Virus record (IMG/VR): IMGVR_UViG_3300020175_000005
Coordinates: 34,507 to 98,506 of that record
Source of the DNA: a virus
Reading direction: 5' to 3' (one strand)
DNA length: 64,000 nt
Shown here piece by piece: positions 46,554 to 56,715 of the stretch (position 1 is the stretch's first letter; every line of letters begins with the position of its first letter). A program made the position numbers and the translations under genes. Below the pieces are notes generated by a model. That model was not told the origin of the DNA, did no database searches, and saw only the letters and a list, made by a program, of their open reading frames with translations.

Positions 46554-46798
46554 GAGTCGCCTCTTAGTTTTTTAATACCACGAAGGAATCGTGTATTGTC
46601 ACGACTTTTAATACTGAGTAGAACTCTTTTCTGAAAATCTGCTGCTGTTTCAGCATCATAATTAGAATCAATCATTTCCAATAGATTAATAATGGCACCA
46701 AGTGCATTGGTGCCACGGCTTTCTATCAGTTGCGTTTTGTCACGCTTTGGAGAAATGCTGTTAATTTCTTGTAATAGGCTTTTTGTTCTTTTTTCCAC
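46550..46798 (-). CDS. Conserved hypothetical protein
   Basis: KRTKSLLQEI...IESRG; GTG start. Confidence 0.7.
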   Translation of the reverse strand: MEKRTKSLLQEINSISPKRDKTQLIESRGTNALGAIINLLEMIDSNYDAETAADFQKRVLLSIKSRDNTRFLRGIKKLRGDS

Positions 46799-46839
46799 AG
46801 TATTATCCTTCCGCTATGTGTATTTAGCAAAAAATAGGT

Positions 46840-48240
46840 TTAGTCTTGTTTTTTTAGAATACTGCGTAGCCTGTCACTGTTAACCACTGCCGCTTCTGTT
46901 GCTTCACTTTGATTTGAATTGTTGGTGTGTGATGTCATGTTAGTTTTGTTTTTAATTTTATCATAGATTGTACTTGGTTGATGCACTGGAGTATGATCAT
47001 CATCTTCATCTAAATCAGTAATACGCAAACCTGCAATATCAAACGACAAGTCAACTTTCTGGCCAACGCCACTACTGCTACGTGTTTTCATGAACTGGAT
47101 CTGATAACGACCACGTTCACGCATTGCGTTTGATGTAAAGATACCAATAACATTATCTGCTGTCTGGATCTTACTCAAACCTCCGCTAATATGACTGTGA
47201 TCAAACTCTACCTCTTCAACTGCGCTACGATTCAACTGTGATGCAGTTGCAAACAACAAGTCATTTTCTACTGCAAAGTTACGTAGTTCTTCACTTACAT
47301 ATTTGTCTTTAACAAACATGTCGCTTACATTAACTTTAACACCTGCTGGCATCATCAAGTCCAAATAGTCTACACAAATCGCATCTACTTTAGTACCAGT
47401 TTTAATCTCATATTCTTTCATAAAGCTAGTCAAGTCGTTACATGTAATGCCGTTTTTAAGTTGTACAATCTGCAATGCACCAGACTTCTTGCCTTGCATA
47501 CCAACTTTAAGACTCACATCATCAACGTTCTTGAATACATCCTTTGTATTCATGCCAGTTAGCATACTGTCTAGTCGCATACTGCATAGTTCTTCGCTAA
47601 GTTCCAATGAGATGTAGACAACATTATGTCCTGCAATCGCCCAGTTAAGTGCCAAGTTCTGCAAGAACAAACTTTTGCCGCCGCCAGACGCCGCTGCAAA
47701 GATATTCAACTCTCCGCGGTTAAATCCACCATACAATTTGTGATCAATATCTTTCCAACCAGTACTTGTGCCGCCACGTGCATTTCTCACTCGCTCGATC
47801 CGTTCTGCTGGGCTTTCCCAGTAGTTTGTACCTAAGTGTTTTGCAAGTCCAATTTGAACTGCTTCTTTAATCATCTTTTCAACTGCGCCAAACTCGCCCT
47901 TTTCCAGCAAGTCTGTTGACTTTAGGATTGCACCTTCCAATGCCTTGTGTTTACAAAACTGTTCAAACTCATCAATAAACCAATCCTTATGCCGGCTATC
48001 AATTTTGTCACCAAGCCCTGCTAACTCCAATCCGCTAGATGCTGTAATTTGTTGAATTGTTGGTAATGCACCATAGTCATTTGCATGCATGCGAATAAAC
48101 TCAACACCCTTGCGCAAACTACGATCAAAGAAGTCACTACTGAGAATATTATTAACACGAACAAACAATTCTTGATCCTGTGCTAAAAATTCAACAAATA
48201 ATTTCTGTAGCTCTAGTGTATATTCTTTTTGTTCGCTCAT
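46840..48240 (-). CDS. Replicative DNA helicase (T4 gp41 / DnaB-like)
   Basis: AASGGGKS, ISLELSE, VDYLDL, TASQLNR and MKTR. Confidence 0.95.
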   Translation of the reverse strand: MSEQKEYTLELQKLFVEFLAQDQELFVRVNNILSSDFFDRSLRKGVEFIRMHANDYGALPTIQQITASSGLELAGLGDKIDSRHKDWFIDEFEQFCKHKALEGAILKSTDLLEKGEFGAVEKMIKEAVQIGLAKHLGTNYWESPAERIERVRNARGGTSTGWKDIDHKLYGGFNRGELNIFAAASGGGKSLFLQNLALNWAIAGHNVVYISLELSEELCSMRLDSMLTGMNTKDVFKNVDDVSLKVGMQGKKSGALQIVQLKNGITCNDLTSFMKEYEIKTGTKVDAICVDYLDLMMPAGVKVNVSDMFVKDKYVSEELRNFAVENDLLFATASQLNRSAVEEVEFDHSHISGGLSKIQTADNVIGIFTSNAMRERGRYQIQFMKTRSSSGVGQKVDLSFDIAGLRITDLDEDDDHTPVHQPSTIYDKIKNKTNMTSHTNNSNQSEATEAAVVNSDRLRSILKKQD

Positions 48241-49250
48241 TTGCAGTACCTTTTTGCCATTACTTGTATTTTAGTTGGATTGCTGATAGCACTATCAATT
48301 ATACTGCGCACTGTAAACAATCTACCATATTTTATCTGCGCATCACCTGCGTCTTTGCATCCATCCCATTCGGGAAAACTTACACTCCAACCACGTTCTA
48401 AAGCTGTAGTAATAGCTTTTAGGCCAGGCTTATCTGCATCCGGTATCAGTATAACATTCTTATTCAATTTGTCAATAACGTTTGCCTGATCATCATTAAT
48501 ATTATTTGAGCCGATGGCAATGCCGTCTGTTACAATGGCATCTAATATTCCTTCAGTAACAATAACAATTTGTTTGTCTGATGTCTGCCGGTCTAATCCA
48601 TAAACGAAGTTTTTGGGAGGCTGTTTATTATAATACTTGGGCATCCCTTCTGGTGGATTACCGATCCAACGGCCAGTATATCCCACTATCCTATTTTGAT
48701 AATAAAATGGGATTATAATACGTTTATTCATTCTGGCAGGTTGTTTGCTAGTACTATACATAAACCTACTGTCAGAAGCATCATATCCCCGACTGTGCAA
48801 ATACTGAGCCGCCTCTATAAAGTTGGCATCAGGGTGAGTCTGTTCACTAAATGTCTGTGTTTCAGGAGGAAGTTCCATGTCTGGCCAATCAATAACAACT
48901 GGTTCGTCTCGGCGCCGCTGTTTCATCAGAACTGCTGCCATTTCATCTTCTTGCATTAGCTCAAGCTGTAAACGTTGCACATCGCTTTCGTCTGCGCCAA
49001 GTTGCATCATGAGTTTTTTAAGACGATGGCTTAGTCGCTTGCCAGGGCTCCAACCTGTGGCATATCCACAGTTAAAGCAATTGTATTGGAATTTTTCATC
49101 TTCAAATCTAAATCCACCCCTGCCTTTGGTATCAGGGCGGCTTTCACCATTAATAATACATACAGGGCAGTTGCCTGATGTCCAACCGCTTGGATTAGGT
49201 CGCCAGTTGCCAGGAATCAGAGTTCTAATGTAGTCTGTAATTAAAGCCAT
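48237..49250 (-). CDS. DNA primase (T4 gp61-like)
   Basis: Zinc-binding CPVC...CFNC; TOPRIM VTEGILDA, PDAD and KDAGD. Confidence 0.93.
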   Translation of the reverse strand: MALITDYIRTLIPGNWRPNPSGWTSGNCPVCIINGESRPDTKGRGGFRFEDEKFQYNCFNCGYATGWSPGKRLSHRLKKLMMQLGADESDVQRLQLELMQEDEMAAVLMKQRRRDEPVVIDWPDMELPPETQTFSEQTHPDANFIEAAQYLHSRGYDASDSRFMYSTSKQPARMNKRIIIPFYYQNRIVGYTGRWIGNPPEGMPKYYNKQPPKNFVYGLDRQTSDKQIVIVTEGILDAIVTDGIAIGSNNINDDQANVIDKLNKNVILIPDADKPGLKAITTALERGWSVSFPEWDGCKDAGDAQIKYGRLFTVRSIIDSAISNPTKIQVMAKRYCK

Positions 49251-49259
49251 ACACTTATA

Positions 49260-50081
49260 TTACAGTCTAATTTGCAATTTGTCAACTGTTCCGTTGCCGG
49301 TCAGTTCCCATTTTCCTCTGAAGAACATAATGTTGGATTGGAAGTTGAATGCTTCTATTCCTGTTTCATCATTAAACATGTGATAGAAGTTTTGGATACC
49401 TAGTTCAATGTCAAACCAGTCACCATCTTGTGGTTCTATAGCAGTTGTACCCTGTAAGAAAAATTTACCGCTATATCCAGAAACATAAACTGCCAGTGTG
49501 ACAAGTCCATTTGATTTGCCGTAATAGGTGGGACCATACATAACACTACCATATGTATAATCTTGATCTGGTAACCAAGTTTCGTTTATTTGTGTTTTTA
49601 ATGGTATCTGTTGTGCATCATGACTAATTTCAACTGCCAAGTTAGGACGCATATTTAAATCAGTATATAGTGGAAGAACTAATCCTCTGTCATTTGTATA
49701 TGTTAGCACAAGGTCACAAACTTGTTTGTCTAATCCATTAATGTCGCTAGCTCGTAATACTAAACGACAAAAACCAGCGACTGGATCCAAAATATCAAGT
49801 CTACGCCTAATAATTGCACCGCCAGTTTCTCTATTAACTAATGTGGCATTTAGTTCCATTCCAGATAACATAATAGGCTTTCTGTCTTGGTTTTTTACAT
49901 AGAATAATAATTCAGAATCAAGTCCACGAAAAATCTTAGCTTTTCTATAATTTACCGGCGCATTAATAGTTGTACCTCTACTGCCACCATACTGTGACTG
50001 CCCAGTAGCAATACCGCTGTCTCCCAGTGCGTACAAATCGCCTGATTGATTAATGCTGTAGCTTGTTGAATAATTACTCAT
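49260..50081 (-). CDS. Hypothetical structural protein (BppU-like Ig fold)
   Basis: IFRGLDSELLFYVKNQDRKPI; late promoter upstream. Confidence 0.6.
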   Translation of the reverse strand: MSNYSTSYSINQSGDLYALGDSGIATGQSQYGGSRGTTINAPVNYRKAKIFRGLDSELLFYVKNQDRKPIMLSGMELNATLVNRETGGAIIRRRLDILDPVAGFCRLVLRASDINGLDKQVCDLVLTYTNDRGLVLPLYTDLNMRPNLAVEISHDAQQIPLKTQINETWLPDQDYTYGSVMYGPTYYGKSNGLVTLAVYVSGYSGKFFLQGTTAIEPQDGDWFDIELGIQNFYHMFNDETGIEAFNFQSNIMFFRGKWELTGNGTVDKLQIRL

Positions 50082-50146
50082 ATGTGATACCTCTGCATGT
50101 ATTTATGCAAATCAGTTGAAATCGTGATTGTATAAATAAAAGTATA

Positions 50147-50515
50147 ATGATAGCGAAGTACCAAGAATTATTAAATGAATATCCGTTTTTAACGGTGATA
50201 AACTATTCTGGCAAAGAATATTTGGGTATAATTCAAAATATTGATACCCAAATTGCCAGTATGTATGTTTATGACAAAATTATAGAGATAGATCAAAAGC
50301 AAAAGTTTCTTGAACTCGGAGAAGAATGGTGGTGGGAAACAAATAGAAAATTACCTATCAATATTGCATTACTTAATAGATGGTATTTTCAATACTGCGT
50401 ACAGAGTTTTAATGTTAAGCAAATGGAAATAGTATCCGGCCCTGGAGTAAAGTTAAGTGACAGTATCACTAAACGTATCAAACGCAGAAGTATTAATCTA
50501 GTTAAAAAAAGTTAA
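50147..50515 (+). CDS. Conserved hypothetical late protein
   Basis: TATAAATA at 50131-50138; WWWETNRKLPINI motif. Confidence 0.8.
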   Translation: MIAKYQELLNEYPFLTVINYSGKEYLGIIQNIDTQIASMYVYDKIIEIDQKQKFLELGEEWWWETNRKLPINIALLNRWYFQYCVQSFNVKQMEIVSGPGVKLSDSITKRIKRRSINLVKKS

Positions 50516-51084
50516 TCTGGGTATGCTAACAGGTTCATTTGTAAGATAATTGCTTGTGCATATGCATATGCGTGTGCCTTTTTGAAGAAATATTGATTGT
50601 CTGTTGGACGTTGCCAAACAGAAGTTTCAATCGTATTCCAATCTTTTCCAATTAGATGTCTTTTTGCTGGACGAATAATAGCCAAAACCATTGCCAATTG
50701 CGGTAACGACTTTGGTTGCATCTTCTTGACAATTTCAAAGTGATTGTGTATGTGAAACAATTGTGAAACAATGTCTTGATGTTCTAATAATTCCCACACT
50801 GGATCCTTTGACAATACCCTATCCATATGTTCTTGATTATCAATTTTATCGTAAATATTTACATTTAGGATATCAATTTTAAAGTAACCAATCTCTTCTG
50901 CTTGCTTATAGTCTAGTGTGCATAGTCCTGTTATTGGATTACTTGGGACTTCATGGAAATAGACGCCAGTATTGTGTTTTTTAAATTTGTCATCGTTTTT
51001 AATACTGGCAGGTGTATTTTTAATTAAACGCAATAACTTATCACGATTAGCAATGTCAATATCAATATCAGTATTAACGATCAT
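50512..51084 (-). CDS. Minimal DNA polymerase III alpha (DnaE) palm-like protein
   Basis: DIDID, KHNTGVYF, YFKIDILNV, LAIIRPA and FFKKAHAYAYA motifs in only ~190 aa. Confidence 0.8.
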   Translation of the reverse strand: MIVNTDIDIDIANRDKLLRLIKNTPASIKNDDKFKKHNTGVYFHEVPSNPITGLCTLDYKQAEEIGYFKIDILNVNIYDKIDNQEHMDRVLSKDPVWELLEHQDIVSQLFHIHNHFEIVKKMQPKSLPQLAMVLAIIRPAKRHLIGKDWNTIETSVWQRPTDNQYFFKKAHAYAYAQAIILQMNLLAYPD

Positions 51085-51755
51085 AGCTGTGCCTCTTTCA
51101 TTACACTTTCTACCCAAACAAAATCTTCTACTTTGCGTTTGATCCTTATGCTCCAAAAATGTGGATCAACATATTCGCTTATAATTCTAATCTGTTCATC
51201 ATTCATTCTATTAAGCAACTCTTGCGCACCCTTGCTTGCATACAACACCCAAGGACTGATTTTTCCACTACATATATGAACCACTGCAATATTTGTGTTT
51301 ATCATAGTAAAATAATTATCATAATTTGTATTGTTTTCGCTCGCCCACTCATTTAAAAATAGTACAGTTCTTTCCACTGCACGACTTACACTCTCATTCT
51401 TTAGTCTATCTTTAATATAATTATTAAATACCGTGTCACTTGCCCACTTATCCAAACGTGTCTGATTTCTAATCAACCATGTAGTATAGTTTTCTACATT
51501 ATCAATTTTTAAATCTATACAGTATGTTGCAAATTTAATAAATGCAGTGTAGTAATGACTGTCAGCAAAATCTTCATATGTTTTTTCTTTTTTACTGTTT
51601 GTTCCAACTTTGTAAAATAATTGATATGTTCTAAATCCAAGCTGAGCATCTTTGTTATCGCGAACCATATGTCTGCGTTTCTTTTCACAGACATGCACTG
51701 CTAACGTGCTTTCCTTTTTAAAACTTTTTTTACAAAATCCACATTTAAAGGTCAT
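51081..51755 (-). CDS. Conserved hypothetical protein with N-terminal zinc finger
   Basis: FKCGFCKKSFKKESTLAVHVC; GKISPWVL. Confidence 0.75.
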   Translation of the reverse strand: MTFKCGFCKKSFKKESTLAVHVCEKKRRHMVRDNKDAQLGFRTYQLFYKVGTNSKKEKTYEDFADSHYYTAFIKFATYCIDLKIDNVENYTTWLIRNQTRLDKWASDTVFNNYIKDRLKNESVSRAVERTVLFLNEWASENNTNYDNYFTMINTNIAVVHICSGKISPWVLYASKGAQELLNRMNDEQIRIISEYVDPHFWSIRIKRKVEDFVWVESVMKEAQL

Positions 51756-52213
51756 TTAAGTAGCTTCTTAATTTCTTTTTTATCAATGCCGTGTTGTTCT
51801 AAGAGTTCAGTTAGTTCATCCTTGTCATGCATATTAATCATGATGTCTAATTCATCATCATTCAGATGACGATAAATCTTTTGGAATGTTTGATGTAACT
51901 TATTACTTGTGCCTTTTTTTCCCGGTGCAATCCAAGGATGGTACATACTTATACCCAAGCCGATTGCCTGCATGAGCTGTATTTGTAATTGAGGATGATG
52001 GCTCAGTGAATTAAAGTGAGTGTTTACTAGCTCATTAGTCCACTCAAGATAGTGTTCTTCAAATTGCTTGTTGTTATTTTTGCAGGCACTAGTATATCGC
52101 ATAAGGATCCACGGTCCTACCTTTTTGCGTTCTTCATCAGTCAATCGGTTCCACCATCCTCGATCTTTGGTGTCAATTGCTAACATTTCATTTTTAATAC
52201 TAATGTTTGACAT
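51752..52213 (-). CDS. Clamp-loader small subunit-like (gp62)
   Basis: PWILMRYTS...NELVN..F..L..HP.LQ...HPWI pattern; replication context. Confidence 0.6.
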   Translation of the reverse strand: MSNISIKNEMLAIDTKDRGWWNRLTDEERKKVGPWILMRYTSACKNNNKQFEEHYLEWTNELVNTHFNSLSHHPQLQIQLMQAIGLGISMYHPWIAPGKKGTSNKLHQTFQKIYRHLNDDELDIMINMHDKDELTELLEQHGIDKKEIKKLLK

Positions 52214-52713
52214 TAAAATAATTCACTGATATCTAATACTTCTGGAATCTTGTTTGCTTCTTTAATAAACAATGCACATACTGGGTTTTCTTTATCTTCT
52301 AGTGGTACTACCAAAATATGACCAAACTTGAGCTTGGGTGCATACCATTTAACATCAGTATATATGTTAGATATACTCAAGTCAAGATATGATGGCATAA
52401 ATCCAGTAAGAGGGTTAAATGCAAACGCATGAAATCCGCGATCATTTAAACTCATCAAGCTCATTACTTCTGGTTCGCCAACCATTGGATCACATACAAC
52501 AACACTCCAGTCTAATGGAATATTAACTGTGTGTTTTCCTATCCTGAGCACTGCCGCTGGTGAATAAAAGCTCTCCATAAACACCAAAGGGTAAAAATAA
52601 TAATCTACATTCTTTGGGTTACTATAATCTAATACACTATATCGTATATCTTCCACTGTGTCAGGGATTTCGTCTAACTCATATGGCTTATTTTCAACTG
52701 TTAAAATTTTCAT
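52213..52713 (-). CDS. Conserved hypothetical protein (possible degenerate Hint fold)
   Basis: 166-aa beta-rich ORF coupled to uvsW. Confidence 0.7.
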   Translation of the reverse strand: MKILTVENKPYELDEIPDTVEDIRYSVLDYSNPKNVDYYFYPLVFMESFYSPAAVLRIGKHTVNIPLDWSVVVCDPMVGEPEVMSLMSLNDRGFHAFAFNPLTGFMPSYLDLSISNIYTDVKWYAPKLKFGHILVVPLEDKENPVCALFIKEANKIPEVLDISELF

Positions 52714-54161
52714 CTGTAATCTACCTTTTCTATGCTGAAAGGATAATTAGCTTCCTTATAAAACTTCTTTCTTTCAGCTAAATGTTTTTTGCTGTACTTT
52801 GCTGTACTAGCCATATCCCATATCTCCACATGGTCCTTGTCACTTGCTTTCCGAACACCACGCCCAATACTTTGGATAACCCTTACAAAGGATTTTCCAG
52901 GCTCCAATAGAACCATATTAAAAATACGAGGAATGTTAATACCCACGGAAGCCACACCATAGGTTGCCACAAGAATGTGATTAGTTCCTTCATTAATGTC
53001 ATCATATTGGTCTTTTCTGTCATTGGTTTTCATTGCTCCATTAACAAATGACGAGCCTTCTATATTTTCAACTAATAGCTCACCTGCTTTAATTCTATCT
53101 ACTAATACCAGAGTATTTCCTGTTTCGCTGATACGTTTGATTAACTCTGCAATATATTCCATACGAGTTTTATCAGTAGTCAAATAACTCAGCTCTGCCT
53201 GATAATTCGTATACTCTGATATTTCCTTTAGTTGTACAATATTGACATGGCAATTACTCAACACACCCATATCCTGTAACTCACTTGCAGCTAGTTTATT
53301 AACGACTTCGCCCAAACATGCCTGTAGACTGATCTTTTCATGATCTGCTTTTGGAATTGTGCCTGTTAATCCCCATCGTAACGGAACCCGTGCCATATCT
53401 TTAGTAAGCATTTCCTTGAGAACATCTGCCTTGGCTTGGTGGACTTCGTCTACAATAACACAAACCACATCTTCGATAAAGTCCTGTAGACTAAAATCAG
53501 TCTTGCCATCACGGAATTGCTTCTTGATGCTATTTAAACTTTGCCATGTACAAATTGTGTGAGTTTTTCCAATGTCTTTTTTATCACCATAATATACGCC
53601 CACATCCAAACCCAAGTTGATATAATCAGCTTCTGTCTGCTTAACAAGATCCTTGTTGGGAACAATTACAATACTGCGTCCATATTGTTCTACACAATTA
53701 CTCAGTGCGGCTGTAATAAGTGTCTTACCTGCACCTGTTGCAATCTCTTGCAAGCAATGCGGAGTTTCCAAGAACTTGTTTACAATCTCAATCTGATAAT
53801 CACGAAGTGTAACTGGTTGTCCTGCTACTGGATGTTTTTCAGGCCATACTTTGTGTTGGAATGTAGTCTCATCAACAGCTGCTAATGGCAAGCTATGGTG
53901 TTCACGCATGTCTTCTATATCTGGCTGATAACCAGCTGCCATGATAATCGGTAACACTCTTTCTAGGAGGTTAACATACGTTACCCCACCAACAGTAAAA
54001 TAATTAACACAGCCATCCCATCTGCCCAACTTATATGCTGGGAGATGGTAGGCATGCGGAAGGAAAAACTTGAGTTCTTTTTCACACTTCTTTCGTGTGT
54101 CAAGATCAAGTCCTTCAATCTTACAGTTAACTTCGTCTTTTAGGATAATTTTGCATTTCAT
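52710..54161 (-). CDS. uvsW: SF2 DNA helicase UvsW
   Basis: LRDYQ, ATGAGKT, VDEVH, GLTGT and QSIGRGVR; TTGACA-17-TATATT promoter upstream. Confidence 0.93.
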   Translation of the reverse strand: MKCKIILKDEVNCKIEGLDLDTRKKCEKELKFFLPHAYHLPAYKLGRWDGCVNYFTVGGVTYVNLLERVLPIIMAAGYQPDIEDMREHHSLPLAAVDETTFQHKVWPEKHPVAGQPVTLRDYQIEIVNKFLETPHCLQEIATGAGKTLITAALSNCVEQYGRSIVIVPNKDLVKQTEADYINLGLDVGVYYGDKKDIGKTHTICTWQSLNSIKKQFRDGKTDFSLQDFIEDVVCVIVDEVHQAKADVLKEMLTKDMARVPLRWGLTGTIPKADHEKISLQACLGEVVNKLAASELQDMGVLSNCHVNIVQLKEISEYTNYQAELSYLTTDKTRMEYIAELIKRISETGNTLVLVDRIKAGELLVENIEGSSFVNGAMKTNDRKDQYDDINEGTNHILVATYGVASVGINIPRIFNMVLLEPGKSFVRVIQSIGRGVRKASDKDHVEIWDMASTAKYSKKHLAERKKFYKEANYPFSIEKVDYR

Positions 54162-54199
54162 AATAATAATATACTACATATAAGGACAGGTGTCAAGAT

Positions 54200-54535
54200 T
54201 TACTTCTTTATATAGAGTAACAGACAATACAGACATATCATTGTTACTGCTATTGATGTTGCAAGTGATGGCCAAAATGTATAATTGACAATCATATAAG
54301 AAAATATAGGAAAGAATACCAGGCTAACTAGAACAAAATAGACAGTTTCTTTTGCCAATTGGGCAAATGTATTGGATTCAATTCCACCACCAAACTGCAT
54401 AAAAACTAGACTAATAATAGTACCCAATGGTATTCCCAAAATAAGAGCGCCAATTGTGGGATTACCTTTTTGTGCCGCCGAGACGACACTGGCGACAATA
54501 ATGCCGCCAATGATTGCTTTTATTAAAAATTCCAA
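54200..54535 (-). CDS. Small 4-TM membrane protein (DUF3147-like)
   Basis: FLIKAIIGGIIVASV...GALILGIPL. Confidence 0.7.
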   Translation of the reverse strand: MEFLIKAIIGGIIVASVVSAAQKGNPTIGALILGIPLGTIISLVFMQFGGGIESNTFAQLAKETVYFVLVSLVFFPIFSYMIVNYTFWPSLATSIAVTMICLYCLLLYIKK

Positions 54536-54536
54536 A

Positions 54537-55397
54537 TTATGACCTTCGCATGCATGTTACTTCAGCAGTTCGCATCCACTTACTGCCCATGCTCTTTTTT
54601 AAGTCCGCAAGTTTAGTGACCATACGCAAGCTGATCTCACGCATCTTTTCTTTGTTCTCGATCATAAAGTCCATAAGAGAGGCTTCCTCCTCCTTGGTAA
54701 AATCATACTCATTAAGCATGCCGTCATTTACAATTTGTTTACAACGCAAAACTTTTTCACGAGTGGTATCCATTGTAAGATCCAAATAGTGACAGCGTGA
54801 CATGATAGCGTCCAAGTGATCTTTAATCTTACCACGTACCTTGTCAAACTTGAGGTTAGTAATAAAAATAACACTGCCTTTGAACTCAAATGTGTCAGGT
54901 ATACCTTCACGGCGCAGCAATGCACTGTCAGTGTTCCAGCTAATGTTACGCTTCTTGCTGCTGTCCAGTGCCGCTTTGAGCAGGTTAAGGCTTGTTTCGT
55001 CATACAATACAGTATCACAGTCATCTAACACCAGTACGTTATTACGATCTGCGTTTTGGAATAGTACCTTATACAAACCAATAGCAGAGCTGGCGCCTTT
55101 GATTACATCAAAGCGAAGTTTGTTGCCTGCTAGTTTATCAAACAAGCTGTTTTTTTCTAGTACAGCCTCAACGCCAAAGCTCTTGCCTACGCCTGGAGGT
55201 CCTGTTACAACCATGCCACGCACAACGCCGTCAATTGATGCCTGTGTCATATCATCTAAGATACTAAAACGTTCACGCATACGCTCAACAATTTGCTCAT
55301 CTGTTTCGTTTGGGTTGTCAACTGCGTCATTTACTACTTCTACAATTTTAGTAGCTTTTTTAACACGAGTTTTTTTAAGTTGCATTGCAGTAGCCAT
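54537..55397 (-). CDS. AAA+ / P-loop ATPase (early gene)
   Basis: GPPGVGKS, VLVLDDCD, IFITN and AIMSR. Confidence 0.85.
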   Translation of the reverse strand: MATAMQLKKTRVKKATKIVEVVNDAVDNPNETDEQIVERMRERFSILDDMTQASIDGVVRGMVVTGPPGVGKSFGVEAVLEKNSLFDKLAGNKLRFDVIKGASSAIGLYKVLFQNADRNNVLVLDDCDTVLYDETSLNLLKAALDSSKKRNISWNTDSALLRREGIPDTFEFKGSVIFITNLKFDKVRGKIKDHLDAIMSRCHYLDLTMDTTREKVLRCKQIVNDGMLNEYDFTKEEEASLMDFMIENKEKMREISLRMVTKLADLKKSMGSKWMRTAEVTCMRRS

Positions 55398-55466
55398 GTT
55401 GTCCTCCTAGACATTTCTTTAACTTACCTATACACTCTACAGTAAGACACAATACTAGTCAAGCGA

Positions 55467-55503
55467 AAAGCGAACAATAAAATCGTTCGCTTTCAATAGG
55501 TTA
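55467..55503. repeat. 37-bp promoter-upstream element, copy 1
   Basis: AAAGCGAAC-aataaaatc-GTTCGCTTT-caataggtta, identical to 57123-57159; lies just upstream of a TTGACT-17-TAGAGT promoter. Confidence 0.9.
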
Positions 55504-55508
55504 GTATT

Positions 55509-55724
55509 TTATTTGAAGACACCTTCAGATTTATCAAGAGCCAAAAGTAACTTCTTCCACATTTCATGCGTCATTGCTACATAGTCATAGTCATCCATGT
55601 TTTCATTCCACTGGCGCAGAACAACATTATTGTCACTAATAACCAAATGCACATCATCTAAACTGCCACTATCATCTAAAACGGTAGTAACACTTGCTTC
55701 CGGAAAAAATTCATTAGTGAACAT
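55509..55724 (-). CDS. Hypothetical protein
   Basis: 71 aa, TAATG-coupled. Confidence 0.7.
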   Translation of the reverse strand: MFTNEFFPEASVTTVLDDSGSLDDVHLVISDNNVVLRQWNENMDDYDYVAMTHEMWKKLLLALDKSEGVFK

Positions 55725-56005
55725 TAAAACACCGTTAGGTTAAGAATTCCATAGATATTGATAAATGTAAAGTATACACTCAGCAATGCAATCCAGGCAG
55801 CATTTCGTCTAATACCTGCGTATGCAGTAAACAAGCTACTGGCAAGATAAAAGGGATAGATCCAAATTAGTGGGGGATTGTCAGCAGTAAAACTCAGCCA
55901 CCCACTTGCAACAATCGCTGTTAGAGTGCCCATCAGCTCTGCATAAAATGCCCTTGGGTCTGAAGTATAACTACTTTTAAAAAACGTCTTGATATTATTA
56001 ATCAC
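55724..56005 (-). CDS. Small 3-TM membrane protein
   Basis: Hydrophobic helices. Confidence 0.7.
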   Translation of the reverse strand: MINNIKTFFKSSYTSDPRAFYAELMGTLTAIVASGWLSFTADNPPLIWIYPFYLASSLFTAYAGIRRNAAWIALLSVYFTFINIYGILNLTVF

Positions 56006-56703
56006 TCAACAACTCCCATAATTTTAACACGGTTCATCATAGTTTCCTTTGCATTGGAATATTTGCTATTCTCGTGCTTATTAACCGTGCCGCGGATTTT
56101 AATTTTTTTACCTTCGATCATATCGCTCAAATCAGGCTGATCTCGCCACCAAAACTTAATAATATCTTTACCTGCATATACACCAGTAATCATATAAACT
56201 GCACTGGTTTGAATGAATTTACAATCAAGGATTTCAACGTTAATGTCATACCTTTTTTTAATTTCACCCATATACTGACTACTATGCTTTAGCTGTGACA
56301 TACGATCATTGACAGACTCACGCTTGCGATCAATTTCAATACTGTGTGGGAGACTAGCAATAATGCTAACACCAAAATTATTGGCGTCTTCCATATCAGA
56401 AAATATCTTTATGATGTTATTATCAAAACTAGATAGATTCCCTGTCATTTTTTTAAGCATTAGCTTGCCGTTCAAATCATCAATTATCTTTTGAGCGGCG
56501 GCATAATTTTCCAAAGTAAACGAATGATTGTCTTCTAATAGGTTAATAATAGAAGTTTTATTATCATTGATAACTACCCCGTTCTCATTTTCATCTGTTG
56601 CTGGTTGGATATATCCCATGCCGCTACGGATAAATCCTTGTCGATTATGAACTTCAACAGAAGCTGCCATTACATCAAGTACTGGACGTTGAATACGTTT
56701 CAT
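56002..56703 (-). CDS. Hypothetical protein with C-terminal OB-fold-like region
   Basis: KIKIRGTVNKH...ETMMNRVK. Confidence 0.7.
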   Translation of the reverse strand: MKRIQRPVLDVMAASVEVHNRQGFIRSGMGYIQPATDENENGVVINDNKTSIINLLEDNHSFTLENYAAAQKIIDDLNGKLMLKKMTGNLSSFDNNIIKIFSDMEDANNFGVSIIASLPHSIEIDRKRESVNDRMSQLKHSSQYMGEIKKRYDINVEILDCKFIQTSAVYMITGVYAGKDIIKFWWRDQPDLSDMIEGKKIKIRGTVNKHENSKYSNAKETMMNRVKIMGVVE

Positions 56704-56715
56704 GTTACTACTTCC

